Assembly: GCA_963812015.1 (NCBI GenBank)
Contig: CAWETI010000002.1
Coordinates: forward strand, 448,001 to 512,000
DNA: 64,000 nt
From: an uncultured delta proteobacterium
GTDB lineage: Bacteria > Desulfobacterota > Desulfobaccia > Desulfobaccales > 0-14-0-80-60-11
Direction of reading: 5' to 3'
The notes below the pieces were generated by a model. That model made no database searches. It had not been told where the DNA came from and saw only the letters and a program-made list of their open reading frames with translations. A program made the position numbers and the translations under genes. Shown in pieces: positions 52,046 to 63,709 of this stretch (positions are counted from its first letter, which is position 1; every line of letters starts with the position of its first letter).

Positions 52046-52521
52046 AGCATCAGGGGTTGACCTGCCCCGCCTGACGCGTGCCATCCCCGGGCCTTGCCAA
52101 GAATTTGCAAAAAAAAATTAATATATTGAAAGGGATGTCCGTCTAATATAGTGTAAATGGCGATCCCCGGAATTGATGTCCCCGGCTTGAGCCCCCTGAG
52201 CCCGGAGGGAGGCAAAAGCCCGGCAGGTTGGCAGAGGGCAGGGTGGGAAGGTGATTGGCCTCGCTAAGGTTGCCTCAGCCCCGGCCAGCCGCGCTAGTCG
52301 GTGGCGGCCAGGAGCGGACCGATGAGGCTGCTGCAGGCGCAGATCGGTTGGCCACCAGCCCCCCAGCCAGAATGAGGGGAAAACCTGGGGACTCGGATTT
52401 GCTCAGGAGGTGCCGGATTTTTGGGAGCAACCTAAGCGACGTGCGGTTTTATGACAGTTAGACAAGGCCGTCTCCGGCCTCTTTGCAGTGTGAACCTCGT
52501 TATTCATGAAGGAGCAGGTAA

Positions 52522-54297
52522 ATGATATCAAGACAACGGCCTTGGGGGTTCATGGTCGTCCTGGCCCTGATGTTCGCCTTGGGTCTAAGTGCCGGATTCG
52601 CCGGCACCGCCAAAGCTGCGTCGGAAGATGTGGCCATGTTTTACGACGACCTATCCCAATACGGGCAATGGGTAGAATATGACAAGTATGGGCCGGTCTG
52701 GCGTCCCAATCAGGTGGCCGAGGACTGGCGGCCCTATACCAACGGCCGCTGGGTGCCCACCAACGATGGCAATGTCTTCGAGAGCGACGAACCGTGGGGC
52801 TGGGCCACCTACCACTACGGCAACTGGATGCCCACCGAGGGCAACGGCTGGGTCTGGGTGCCGGGGAGCACCTGGTACCCCTCCACCGTGGAGTGGCGCA
52901 CCAGTGCGGAAAGCGAGCCGGTGGACAACTCGTATGTCGGCTGGGCCCCCACCCCGCCCCCGGACTATGTGCCGCCTCCATCTTATGCACCGCCGTCCTA
53001 TTCCCAGGGCGCCCCGGTTACAGATTCGCTGAGCGAGCCCCTGTGGACTTTTGTCAAGGCGGCCAGCTTCCTGTTGGGCTTTGGGCAGCCCTATACGCCG
53101 GCCTATTCTTACATGGCTTACCCGGTCTTCATGCCCCCGGCCTATGTACCGGTGTTCTTTTCCCGGACGGTGTTTGTCCCGGCTTACGCCTCCCCTACCT
53201 ATTACCCGCCGGGTTTTTTCCACGGTCGGCGATTCGGCGCCGGCTACTATAATATGGGTCCTTCGGCAACGTACATCTCCCGGGTCACCAACATCAACCG
53301 GACGATCATCAACCGGACCATCATCAACAATTCAAACCGTTTCGCCACGATCCGCAATGTCATGCCCCCGGACCGGGTAATGACCCGGGATGGTTATATC
53401 AAGAAGATCATGCCCCCGGCCTTGGTCCAAGGCCACCGCCTGCCGCCGCCTAACCCGGTGAAAGATTTTCGAATGGCTCAGGGAAACCTGAATAAGCCCA
53501 ATATGGTGCCACCGCCCCAAAATATGCCCCGGATTACCGCCCAGATCCCCCGGGTCCAACCCGCGGCGCTGCAACCGGGCCGGGGTCTGCCGGGCATGGC
53601 CTTGCCCGCCCGGGCCACCATGCCTCTGACCCCCCAAATGACGCAGCAGATTCAGAACCTGCCCCCCAGGCAGCAGGTTGGCCCGGGCAAGGGCTCACCC
53701 TTAACCCCGGGGGCGGGCCAAACCGGACCGGCCCAGGGGCAACCTGGAGTTCAGACTCAGCCCGGCGGCCCTCAAACCGGACCGGTCAAGCGGGGGGAAT
53801 TTCATCCGGGAACCAGCCCCTCAGGCGCCACTCCCGCCGGGACCGGGACCACACCGGGCCCTGCTGGGGGCGCCAAGACCGGCACCGTACCCCTGCCCCC
53901 CGGCTACAAGGGACTGACGCCGGAGCAACGGCGACAGCAGGAAATCGAACACCAGAAGCTGCAGCACGGCGGCGCCCAGGGCCAGCCCCAAACCCAGCAG
54001 CAGCAGCTCCAGAAGCAGCAGGAGCTTCAACAGCAGCAACACCAAAAGCAGTTGCAGCAGCAAAAACTACAACAACAGCAGCAACAGCAGATGCGGCAGA
54101 AGCAGCTGGAGCAGCAACAAAAGATAAAGCAACAGCAGCTTCAACAGCAGCAACGCCAAAAGCAGCTGCAAAGCCAGCAACAACAGCAGCAGCAGCGTCA
54201 AAGACAGCAACAGATTCAGCAGCAGCGTCAAAAGGCGCCGCCACAGCAGCATCAGCAGCCAAAAAAGGAAGAACCGAAGAAGAAGCCGCCGCAATAA
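52522..54297 (+). CDS. Exported DUF6600-like protein with Pro-rich and poly-Gln tail
   Basis: Signal peptide, FYDDLSQYGQW, WGWATYHYGNW, WVWVPG; CAG/CAA-rich 3' end. Confidence 0.8.
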   Translation: MISRQRPWGFMVVLALMFALGLSAGFAGTAKAASEDVAMFYDDLSQYGQWVEYDKYGPVWRPNQVAEDWRPYTNGRWVPTNDGNVFESDEPWGWATYHYGNWMPTEGNGWVWVPGSTWYPSTVEWRTSAESEPVDNSYVGWAPTPPPDYVPPPSYAPPSYSQGAPVTDSLSEPLWTFVKAASFLLGFGQPYTPAYSYMAYPVFMPPAYVPVFFSRTVFVPAYASPTYYPPGFFHGRRFGAGYYNMGPSATYISRVTNINRTIINRTIINNSNRFATIRNVMPPDRVMTRDGYIKKIMPPALVQGHRLPPPNPVKDFRMAQGNLNKPNMVPPPQNMPRITAQIPRVQPAALQPGRGLPGMALPARATMPLTPQMTQQIQNLPPRQQVGPGKGSPLTPGAGQTGPAQGQPGVQTQPGGPQTGPVKRGEFHPGTSPSGATPAGTGTTPGPAGGAKTGTVPLPPGYKGLTPEQRRQQEIEHQKLQHGGAQGQPQTQQQQLQKQQELQQQQHQKQLQQQKLQQQQQQQMRQKQLEQQQKIKQQQLQQQQRQKQLQSQQQQQQQRQRQQQIQQQRQKAPPQQHQQPKKEEPKKKPPQ

Positions 54298-54401
54298 CCA
54301 TAATCACCGCGACGCGATCCAACGTCAAATAACTCCAGGTCCCGCCCCTTTCGGGACGGGGCCTGGGCTGCATCGCGCCCCTTAAAAGGGCGGCCGCCTA
54401 A

Positions 54402-55739
<1,338 letters not shown>

Positions 55740-56065
55740 GAAGCCCGGTCTTGGGGGAGGAGCAGGCCCGCGGGCCGCTCCTCCGGGCCATTTTCTGAAC
55801 AGCGCCACCCCGCTTCACTGGAAACCGGGGTGGTTGCGCCGGGATTCTTAATAAAGGATCGGGACCCAAAAACTTTTTTGCTTAATCCGTGCCATTACTT
55901 TTATTAACCGCAGGCGCAACAGTAATAAAAATTCCTCTGTTATTGACTGGAAGCCTTTTATTATAAAGGATTGCCAGTATTTTTTATTTTTGACATTTTG
56001 CTGCGGCAGTGTTATCGTGGACCAATTTTCAGGATAATCCAAGCCTGCATCAAAAGGGGGAGGAA

Positions 56066-56647
56066 ATGGTGCGGCGCATATTGGGCACTAGCCTGATGGC
56101 CATGGTATTGGCGGCGTTCGTCTTGCTGCCGGGATTGGTGCAGGGAGCGGAATTCGACGTCAGCAAGTTCGACCAGGAAGTGGGGTTGCGCTTCGCCTAC
56201 GGGAAAAACACCAAGACGGCCTCCGTCCACCTCTACAGCTTGCTGCCCCGCTGGGGCATCTTCTTCTTGCCCCCGGGCCAAAAATTGGGCCCCTTCGGGG
56301 CTGAGTTCGTGGTGGAAGGCATCGCCAGCATTGCCGGAGCCGATCAGACGGGCTTCGAAATGGGGATCACGCCCCTCCTGAAGCTCAGCTGTCTGGTCTT
56401 TCCCTCGGTCCTGGCCTATATCGAGGGGGGCGCCGGGCTCATCAGCGAAAGCATTGACAGCCCGGCCATCGCCCATGCCTTTAACTTCACCCCCCAGGTG
56501 GGGGTCGGCTTCGACATCGCCCTGACCACCCAAGTGGCCCTGTCGGTGGCGTATCGCTTCCGACATTCTTCCAATGCCGGCATCTATAATGAAAACCCCG
56601 CCTTTAACGTCCATTTTTTTCAGAGCGGCCTGGCTTACTACTATTAG
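56066..56647 (+). CDS. Acyloxyacyl hydrolase / PagL-like outer-membrane beta-barrel
   Basis: Signal peptide, FNFTPQVG, YRFRHSSNAG..NP, aromatic C-terminus. Confidence 0.8.
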   Translation: MVRRILGTSLMAMVLAAFVLLPGLVQGAEFDVSKFDQEVGLRFAYGKNTKTASVHLYSLLPRWGIFFLPPGQKLGPFGAEFVVEGIASIAGADQTGFEMGITPLLKLSCLVFPSVLAYIEGGAGLISESIDSPAIAHAFNFTPQVGVGFDIALTTQVALSVAYRFRHSSNAGIYNENPAFNVHFFQSGLAYYY

Positions 56648-57076
56648 GCCCACGATGACCGGATGACGCGGCGCCGAACCTCCGGGGCCGGCGCGGCGTC
56701 GCCTGCCCGGGGACATACCTACCACCCGGCCTGCACCTCACGGAGCCGTGGTGGTTCCGTTACTCTTTTCCCGCCCGCCTTTCCAAAGTTAAATCTCTGT
56801 AGCGCCACCCCTTAATCGCCACCCAAAGCGGTTTCACCATTGGGTCGGGCCGAGCCGGACCACACGGCGCGATGCGCCAGCTCCGGCTGGATAGCAGGCA
56901 GCTCAAACCGCATGATCAGGGCTGCCGGGTCTCGCCGTGTCAGGAGGGGCCGCCATCCGGCCGCAGGAACCGGATTGGGTCCCGGGAGCATTGACTTCTG
57001 CCTGGAACGTCTTCCGCCTTGTCCCTGGTTTCCGTCCCGGAAAACCCGCCGGACACCGGGCCACGCCACATTGCCC

Positions 57077-57108
57077 TTGACATTTCAGTAATAACTATTA
57101 ACTAATAA
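57077..57108 (+). promoter_or_regulatory. Promoter with overlapping AT-rich operator (probable PerR autoregulatory box)
   Basis: TTGACA followed by imperfect palindrome agtaataactattaact just before the ATG. Confidence 0.55.
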
Positions 57109-57114
57109 CCATAT

Positions 57115-57546
57115 ATGGAAGATCTCATCCATCAATTGCGGGACCGCGGGATTGCGGTGACCCCGCAACGCCTGGCGGTGATGGCCGTTTTGCAGAAGCG
57201 GCGGGACCATCCCAGCGCCGAGCACATCTATCAAGAGGTGCGGCGGCAGCTTCCGGCCATTTCCTTTAACACCGTGTACAAGGCCCTTGAAATCCTCTGC
57301 CAGAAAGGCATGGCGATCAAGGTCAACCCCTTGCACGAAGTGGCCCGTTATGACGGCGCCACGGGGTGCCATGCCCACATCATCTGCCGGCAGTGCCACC
57401 ATATCATCGACCTGGACTGGGAGCCTTCGGCGGTTCCGCCCTTAGCGCCGGAGGACCTCCAGGGTTTCCAGATTGACCATTCCTCCCTGACCTTCTGGGG
57501 CCTCTGCCCCCGATGTCAGCCAGGAGAGTCCCGCCGGGAGGCCTAG
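57115..57546 (+). CDS. Fur-family regulator, PerR-like
   Basis: TPQRLAV, HPSAE, TVYKAL, HAHIICRQC, C-terminal CPRC. Confidence 0.88.
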   Translation: MEDLIHQLRDRGIAVTPQRLAVMAVLQKRRDHPSAEHIYQEVRRQLPAISFNTVYKALEILCQKGMAIKVNPLHEVARYDGATGCHAHIICRQCHHIIDLDWEPSAVPPLAPEDLQGFQIDHSSLTFWGLCPRCQPGESRREA

Positions 57547-57547
57547 C

Positions 57548-57652
57548 GTGGCCGCGGAAGCAGGACAGGTGCATCGCTGTACTATCTGCGGAAGCCGGGT
57601 GAAGGTAGTGGAGGCCGGGGGCGGCGTGCTGGTCTGCTGCGGCGCGCCCTGA
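57548..57652 (+). CDS. Desulforedoxin-like miniprotein (34 aa, not in ORF track)
   Basis: GQVHRCTICGSRVKVVEAGGGVLVCCG matches the CxxC...CC desulforedoxin pattern. Confidence 0.8.
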   Translation: MAAEAGQVHRCTICGSRVKVVEAGGGVLVCCGAP

Positions 57653-57797
57653 AGTTGCAAAGTGCCCACTAGGCTGAAGACGGCGGCATGGACAAGGGCC
57701 TTGCCAGTCTCAAGGCGGCTCTTGCCGGAGAGTCCTAACCCAATCGCACCTATCTGGCTTGCGCGGCCTCAGTCCCCAATCTCACCTTTCAGCACCC

Positions 57798-58547
57798 TTA
57801 CCCGGGAGTGGCGCCATTGCCAGGGTCAGCCCCCTGGGACTGCAAGACCTCCAGGGCCCGGCGGGCGGCCACTTGGGCCGCCTGTTTTTTGGTGGGGCCT
57901 TCCCCCTGGGCCAGAGGGGCTTCTTTGAGGCGAACCTCGACCTGGAAATGCCGGGCGTGTCCGGGCCCGCTTTCGGCCAAGAGATGATACGAGGGGGAGG
58001 CCTTGTAGCGGGCCTGGGTGAGTTCCTGCAGTGAGGTCTTATAATCCTGCCAGGGCAGGGCCGTCTCCATCAGGGGGCTGAACCAGCGTTCCGTCAGGTT
58101 CGCCGCCGCCTCCAGGCCCCCGTCCAGATAGACCGCCGCCAGCACCGCCTCCAGGGCATCAGCCAGGAGTGACGGCTTCTCCCGGCCTTCCTGCCGTTCT
58201 TCTCCCCGCCCCAGCCAGAGGTGGGCCCCCAGACCCAGGCGCCGGGCTAGCCCGGCCAGCTGCCTGGCATTCACCAGGGCGGCCCGTCCCCGGGACAGAT
58301 CCCCCTCGGAATTTCCGGGAAACCGCGCCAGTAAAAGCGTGCTCACGGTGAGGGCCAGGACCGCGTCTCCCAAAAACTCCAGTTGTTCATTGCTGGGGCC
58401 GCTCGCCGGATTTTCATGGGCATACGAACTATGCCGCAAGGCCTGGTCCAGCAACTCCAGGTCCTCGAACCGGTGCCCCAGGCGCTGCTCCAGGCTTTCC
58501 AGTTCTTGCCTTCTCTCCGGGGCCAGGCCGGCTTTCCCCGGGGTCAT
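57798..58547 (-). CDS. rnc: Ribonuclease III
   Basis: NEQLEFLGDAVL, ADALEA, dsRBD DYKTSLQE. Confidence 0.96.
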   Translation of the reverse strand: MTPGKAGLAPERRQELESLEQRLGHRFEDLELLDQALRHSSYAHENPASGPSNEQLEFLGDAVLALTVSTLLLARFPGNSEGDLSRGRAALVNARQLAGLARRLGLGAHLWLGRGEERQEGREKPSLLADALEAVLAAVYLDGGLEAAANLTERWFSPLMETALPWQDYKTSLQELTQARYKASPSYHLLAESGPGHARHFQVEVRLKEAPLAQGEGPTKKQAAQVAARRALEVLQSQGADPGNGATPG

Positions 58548-58778
58548 CAGCTCCTCACCTCGAAACCAGCTGAAACATTCACGAAAATTCTCAAATGGTT
58601 CAATTCGATGCCATATTCTTGGCAGAAATAAGGAATTTCGGTAGACAAAATAAGGAAAACCCTAATTGCCGGGAACCGCAAGAGACGGTAGCTTATCAAT
58701 AATCTCACCGGGTTCAGTTTGCTGCGGCTGACGACCTCAAGGCGGGTGGGGTGAAATTTCGGTGGGAAAGGAGATATC

Positions 58779-59579
58779 ATGGAGGCCCTCATTCAGGTGC
58801 TGGAGTCCACGATGGCGACCCGGGACCCATATACGGTTGGCCATCAGCGGCGGGTAAGCCAGATAGCCTGTAACATCGGCAGGGAGATGAGACTGTCCGA
58901 GGACCGCCTCCGTGATCTGCGGATGGCCGGCATGCTTCACGACCTGGGCAAGATCGCCATCCCCACTGAACTGCTTTCCAAGTCAGGGAAACTCACTCCC
59001 CTGGAGTTCGCCCTGATTAAAACCCATCCCCAGGTGGCCTTCAACATCCTGGAACCCATCACCCTGCCGGGCCACACTGCCATGATTATTCTGCAACATC
59101 ACGAACGGGTGAATGGCTCCGGCTATCCCCAGGGTCTAAAAGGGGATGAAATCCTTCTGGAAGCCAGGATACTGGGCGTGGCCGATGTGATGGAGTCCAT
59201 GTGCTCCCATCGTCCTTACCGCGCCTCCCTGGGCCTGGCGGAAACCCTGGATGAACTTGCCCGGAACAAAGGGATTCTCTATGATGCAGCCGTCGTGGAG
59301 ACCTGCCTGGAACTCTATGGGCAAGATCTGCCGGCCTTGAGCGCCGGGACCTCGGTCAGATCCCCCATGTCGGTCAGCCCATTACGACTTCTGGTTCCCT
59401 TGGGAGACTTAGCCCAAGCTCAGGGCAAATTTATCCACGTGAGCCCTTTGCATCAGAAAAGCGGATTCAAACCGGGCGGTTGGGCCAAGTGGCTCGCCAA
59501 GGGGCATCGCGCCTGGGTGCACCTGGGCACGGCCTCCTTGGTGGGGTTTTTGATCATGTCATCTTTCAGAGGCTACTAG
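58779..59579 (+). CDS. HD-GYP domain phosphohydrolase
   Basis: RDPYTVGHQRRV, HDLGK, HHERVNGSGYP, HRPYR. Confidence 0.92.
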   Translation: MEALIQVLESTMATRDPYTVGHQRRVSQIACNIGREMRLSEDRLRDLRMAGMLHDLGKIAIPTELLSKSGKLTPLEFALIKTHPQVAFNILEPITLPGHTAMIILQHHERVNGSGYPQGLKGDEILLEARILGVADVMESMCSHRPYRASLGLAETLDELARNKGILYDAAVVETCLELYGQDLPALSAGTSVRSPMSVSPLRLLVPLGDLAQAQGKFIHVSPLHQKSGFKPGGWAKWLAKGHRAWVHLGTASLVGFLIMSSFRGY

Positions 59580-59764
59580 GTCCAAGATCAGCTTAAACCA
59601 AAGCCCCGTCGATCTATGCCCCATCCGGCCAACCGTCAGGGTGCGCCGACCCTTCCTCGCCAAAATTCGCCGGTGCATAGCAGGAGGCCGATAATTCCTG
59701 TTTTTAGCGGAGCGGCCCACTGCGGGACGCCGGTTAGGCGCCATCGTGGTATAAGTCTGCCTGG

Positions 59765-60070
59765 CTAGTCTGAGCCCTGGTCGGTAAGGAGCGGCACCAC
59801 CGGTTCGGCCAGGATCTTATGGCTGATGCCCCGTCCCAGGGCTACCCGGCCGCCGTTGACCCCCACGATAATGAGGCCGCGATTATTCTGCAAAACTTCC
59901 ACTTCCCGGCCCAGGTTGAGGCCCATGGCCAGCAACCGGGCCCGCAACATGCGGCCGCCGCGATGCCCGGTAATTATCACCCGCTGGCCGGCCGGCATTT
60001 CCGCCAGGAAGTGTTCTCCGGGTCCGACCGCATCCACCATGACCTTGAGGTCCTTTGGAAAGTCAGTCAT
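59765..60070 (-). CDS. feoA: FeoA family protein
   Basis: RLLAMGL, RVALGRG; downstream of Fur. Confidence 0.85.
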   Translation of the reverse strand: MTDFPKDLKVMVDAVGPGEHFLAEMPAGQRVIITGHRGGRMLRARLLAMGLNLGREVEVLQNNRGLIIVGVNGGRVALGRGISHKILAEPVVPLLTDQGSD

Positions 60071-60071
60071 G

Positions 60072-60509
60072 TTACTCCGCCTCCTGGCAGGTGGCGCACA
60101 GCCCTTGCACCTGTAACTGGTGGCCTTTAATGCGGTAGCCGTATTCTTGGGCTAGGTGTTCCTCCAGAAACCCCAACCTCGGCTCCTCGAACTCCAGGAT
60201 CTCGCCGCAGCCCAGGCACCGCAAGTGGCTGTGGTGGGCGTGGCCGTAAATGTGCTCGTAGTGCCAGTGGCCGTCGCTGAAATCCACCTCCCGGACCAGG
60301 CCGCAGTCAATGAACAACGGCAGGGCGCGGTAAATGGAGGCCTTGGACACCTTGGAGCCCGTGTCCCTGAGTCTAAAGTGGAGTTCGTCCACGTCAAAAT
60401 GCCCATGAATCTCAAAAATTTTTTGCAATATCTGTTCCCGTTCCGGGGTGCGCCTCAGACTCCGCTGGCGGATATAATCCCGGAAAACCTGGATTTCCGA
60501 TTTCATCAT
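60072..60509 (-). CDS. Fur-family transcriptional repressor
   Basis: TPERE, SKASIYR, HHSHLRCLGC, CATC. Confidence 0.9.
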   Translation of the reverse strand: MMKSEIQVFRDYIRQRSLRRTPEREQILQKIFEIHGHFDVDELHFRLRDTGSKVSKASIYRALPLFIDCGLVREVDFSDGHWHYEHIYGHAHHSHLRCLGCGEILEFEEPRLGFLEEHLAQEYGYRIKGHQLQVQGLCATCQEAE

Positions 60510-60534
60510 CAAGCTCGGATTGGTCAGTTACATT

Positions 60535-60580
60535 TATTGAGAATGAATATCAATAATATCTTATTTCTGGCAGAAGTCAA
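60535..60580 (-). promoter_or_regulatory. Fur box overlapping the fur-feoA promoter
   Basis: TATTGAgaatgaataTCAATA palindrome; minus-strand TTGACT-16-TATTAT. Confidence 0.7.
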
Positions 60581-60812
60581 GTAAATTCTCAGATTCCTGG
60601 GCACCTTAACCAAGAACTAACTTGGGTGGCGGCCCCGGGCCGACCAAATGTCCCTTAAGGCGGCGGCGGATTCCCATTGACGGGCTGAGGCCGCCCGGTT
60701 TATGATGAAAATTTAAATGAGGTGCCAGCTGGCTTTCACCTGCCCCTCTTGAGAAAAGGGCGGGGTCCGGTGAGTGCCTTGATCAGGATAAGCAGCCCTC
60801 CGGTTCGGCGGC

Positions 60813-63104
60813 GTGAGGCAATCACTCCCGGAATCGGAGGTCGACGGCTCTCGACCAGACCAATTTAGAGGAAATTTCGGCGGTTCCTTGGCACAACCCA
60901 AACTTCCCCAATCCCCGGACCTGAACTCTCCTCCCCTGGACACCCTGGAGGGAACGGTGGAGCGCCTCACCTTCGCCGATCCGGACAGCCACTACGCCGT
61001 CGTGCGCCTCAAGGTCAGGGGGCGCCGCCAGCCCGCCACGGTCGTGGGCCCTCTGGCGGCCGTCAAGGAAGGGGAACAGCTCCACCTCAAGGGCCGCTAC
61101 GAGGTGCATCCCAAGTGGGGAGAGCAGTTCCGGGTGGTCTGGTGGTACGCGGTGCTTCCCGCCACGGTGGCGGGCATCGAAAAATACCTGGCCTCGGGGC
61201 TCATCAAGGGCATCGGCCCGGAACTGGCCCAGCGCCTGGTGGCTCATTTCGGTCCTGATACCCTGACGGTCATTGACGACCACCCGGAGCGCCTGGCGGA
61301 GGTGTCCGGGATCGGTCCTAAACGGTTGGAACAGATTCGCGGGGACTGGCAGAGCCAGAAAGCGGCCCGGGAGGTCCTGGTGGCCCTGCAAGGCCTGGGA
61401 GTCGGCATGGCTCAGGCCACCAAGATCTTTCAGCAATATGGCGACCAGGCGGTGGAAGTAGTGACCACCAACCCTTACCAGTTGGCCCTGGATATCCACG
61501 GCCTGGGCTTTCTCACCGCCGATCGCCTGGCCGGCCGCCTCAACCTGGACCCCCTGACCCCGGCCCGTCTAGCCGCGGGGCTGCTGCACATCCTGGACAG
61601 CATGGCAGGGGAGGGCCATGTCTACGTCCCGGAAGACGTGCTCCTGCACCGGACCGAGGAATTGCTCCAGGTCCCCCGCCCACCCCTATTGGCGGCCCTG
61701 GAAGGCCTGGCCCGGGAAGGGCGGGTGGTGCTGCCGGAGTTGCCGGACGGCCGGGGCGTGTACAAAAAGCCCGCCTGGGTGGCGGAAACCGGAGTGGCCC
61801 GGTCCTTGGGGAGCCTGCTCACGGCCGCCGGGGGCCACCCGCCGCTCCACCTCGAGGACCTCATCGTCCGGGTCCAACAGGCCTTGGGCCTCACCCTGGC
61901 GCCGGAGCAGTCAGCGGCCGTGGCCGCGGCCCTCACGGACAAGGTGCTCATCATTACCGGCGGCCCCGGCACCGGCAAGACCACCATTGTCAGCTGCATC
62001 CTGGACCTCTACCAGGGTCTGGGGGCCCGGGTCCTGCTCATGGCCCCCACCGGCCGGGCCGCCAAGCGCCTGAGCGAGACCACCGGTATGGCCGCTACCA
62101 CCATCCACCGGGCCCTGGAGTTTTCCCCCCAGACCGGCGGCTTCCGCCGCAGTCCCGCCGACCCTTTGAAGGCGGAGGTGGTGGTGGTGGATGAGACCTC
62201 CATGGTGGACACTTACCTGATGTATCATCTGCTCCGGGCGATTCCCCTGGCGGCCCACCTCATTCTGGTGGGGGACGCGCACCAGCTTCCGGCGGTGGGG
62301 CCGGGGAACATCCTCAAAGACCTGATGGATTCCGGGGTGATCAAGGTGGCCCGTCTCACCCAGATCTACCGCCAGGCCAAAGAGAGCCTCATCGTGGTCA
62401 ACGCCCACCGCATCAACCAGGGGGACTACCCCTTCCTGCCCCAGACGTTCGGCAAGGACGACTTCGTCTTCCTGGAACTGGATGACCCCGAGGCCATCAA
62501 GGCCAAGCTCTTGGACCTGGTGTCCGAGGAATTGCCCCGGCGTTATGGCCTGGACCCCGTGCGGGACCTTCAGGTGATTACCCCGATGCACCGGGGGCCG
62601 GTGGGCATCCAGACCCTGAACGTTGAGCTGCAGCAGCGCCTCAACCCCGATAGCGAACGCTGGTCCTGGGGGGGCCGGGTTTACCGCCGGCATGACAAGG
62701 TCATGCAACTCCGGAACAATTACTACAAAGAGGTGTTCAACGGCGATATCGGCCAGGTCTGCGGTTTTCTCGGCGCCACCGGCCAGCTCCAGGTGGATTT
62801 TGAGGGGCGGGTGATCACCTATGATGCCGGGGAACGGGAAGACCTTACCCTGGCGTATGCCGTCACGGTCCACAAGGCCCAGGGGAGTGAATTTCCCGCG
62901 GTCCTCCTGGTGCTCACCACCCACCACTACATGATGTTGCAGCGGAATCTCTTGTACACCGCCCTCACCCGGGGACGGCGTCTGGTGGTGGTGCTGGGCA
63001 GCAAACGGGCCATCGGCATGGCCATCAGGAACGACCGGCCCATCCGACGGTACACCCATCTGGCGGCCCGTTTACAGGAAACCCTGATCCGGCCAACGGG
63101 GTAA
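60813..63104 (+). CDS. recD2: ATP-dependent RecD-like DNA helicase (core copy; true start probably downstream)
   Basis: YLASGLIKGIG, TGGPGTGKTT, VDETSM, HKAQGSEF. Confidence 0.93.
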   Translation: MRQSLPESEVDGSRPDQFRGNFGGSLAQPKLPQSPDLNSPPLDTLEGTVERLTFADPDSHYAVVRLKVRGRRQPATVVGPLAAVKEGEQLHLKGRYEVHPKWGEQFRVVWWYAVLPATVAGIEKYLASGLIKGIGPELAQRLVAHFGPDTLTVIDDHPERLAEVSGIGPKRLEQIRGDWQSQKAAREVLVALQGLGVGMAQATKIFQQYGDQAVEVVTTNPYQLALDIHGLGFLTADRLAGRLNLDPLTPARLAAGLLHILDSMAGEGHVYVPEDVLLHRTEELLQVPRPPLLAALEGLAREGRVVLPELPDGRGVYKKPAWVAETGVARSLGSLLTAAGGHPPLHLEDLIVRVQQALGLTLAPEQSAAVAAALTDKVLIITGGPGTGKTTIVSCILDLYQGLGARVLLMAPTGRAAKRLSETTGMAATTIHRALEFSPQTGGFRRSPADPLKAEVVVVDETSMVDTYLMYHLLRAIPLAAHLILVGDAHQLPAVGPGNILKDLMDSGVIKVARLTQIYRQAKESLIVVNAHRINQGDYPFLPQTFGKDDFVFLELDDPEAIKAKLLDLVSEELPRRYGLDPVRDLQVITPMHRGPVGIQTLNVELQQRLNPDSERWSWGGRVYRRHDKVMQLRNNYYKEVFNGDIGQVCGFLGATGQLQVDFEGRVITYDAGEREDLTLAYAVTVHKAQGSEFPAVLLVLTTHHYMMLQRNLLYTALTRGRRLVVVLGSKRAIGMAIRNDRPIRRYTHLAARLQETLIRPTG

Positions 63105-63161
63105 AAATGCTTGACAATTACGCCTCGCAAGAGCACAATCAAAATATGATGGGGGTTACGC

Positions 63162-63398
63162 GTGGTAACTGATCTGTTTACTACCCTGGAACAAAAACTG
63201 GAACGAGTTCTGAGTAAAGTGGCCGAATTGCAAGAAGCCAACGCCGCGCTTACCAAAAGCCTGGCCGAAAAGGAAGAGGTCCTCAAGGTAGGCGAGGCGG
63301 AGCTGGCCCGGGTCTCCCGGGAACGGGAGATGGTCAGGCAGCGGATCGACAAGATCCTCAACCGTTTAAAATTTATTGATACGGGAGAATCGGCATAG
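63162..63398 (+). CDS. Cell division ZapB-like coiled-coil protein
   Basis: Short all-coiled-coil ORF upstream of zapA. Confidence 0.7.
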   Translation: MVTDLFTTLEQKLERVLSKVAELQEANAALTKSLAEKEEVLKVGEAELARVSREREMVRQRIDKILNRLKFIDTGESA

Positions 63399-63427
63399 AT
63401 ACGGTCCAGGAGACCACGCCGGTAACC

Positions 63428-63709
63428 GTGGAAATATTGGGCCGCACCTTCACCTTGAAGGGGAGCATGACTGCGGAGAGCCTGCACGCCGTGGCGCGGG
63501 AGGTGGATACGCAGCTCCGTGAGTTGCAGCGGGCCTTTCCCACCAGGCCCTTAAGTGACCTGGCAATCCTGGCGGCATTGAACCTGGCATATGAATGCCT
63601 GGAGAGTAAGGAGGACTATCACCAGCTCCATGGGGAAATCGAGAAGCGGTCCAGACAGTTAATCCAAATACTGGAGGCAAGCGATATATCTTTTCTCCCC
63701 GGTCCGTGA
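63428..63709 (+). CDS. zapA: Cell division protein ZapA
   Basis: VEILGRTFTL, LAILAALNLA; start may be slightly upstream. Confidence 0.85.
   Translation: MEILGRTFTLKGSMTAESLHAVAREVDTQLRELQRAFPTRPLSDLAILAALNLAYECLESKEDYHQLHGEIEKRSRQLIQILEASDISFLPGP

Noticed and set aside
60760..60800. SRP RNA (tcagg...agcagcc)
   Set aside because: The GNRA-capped helix between CAGG and AGCA is missing.
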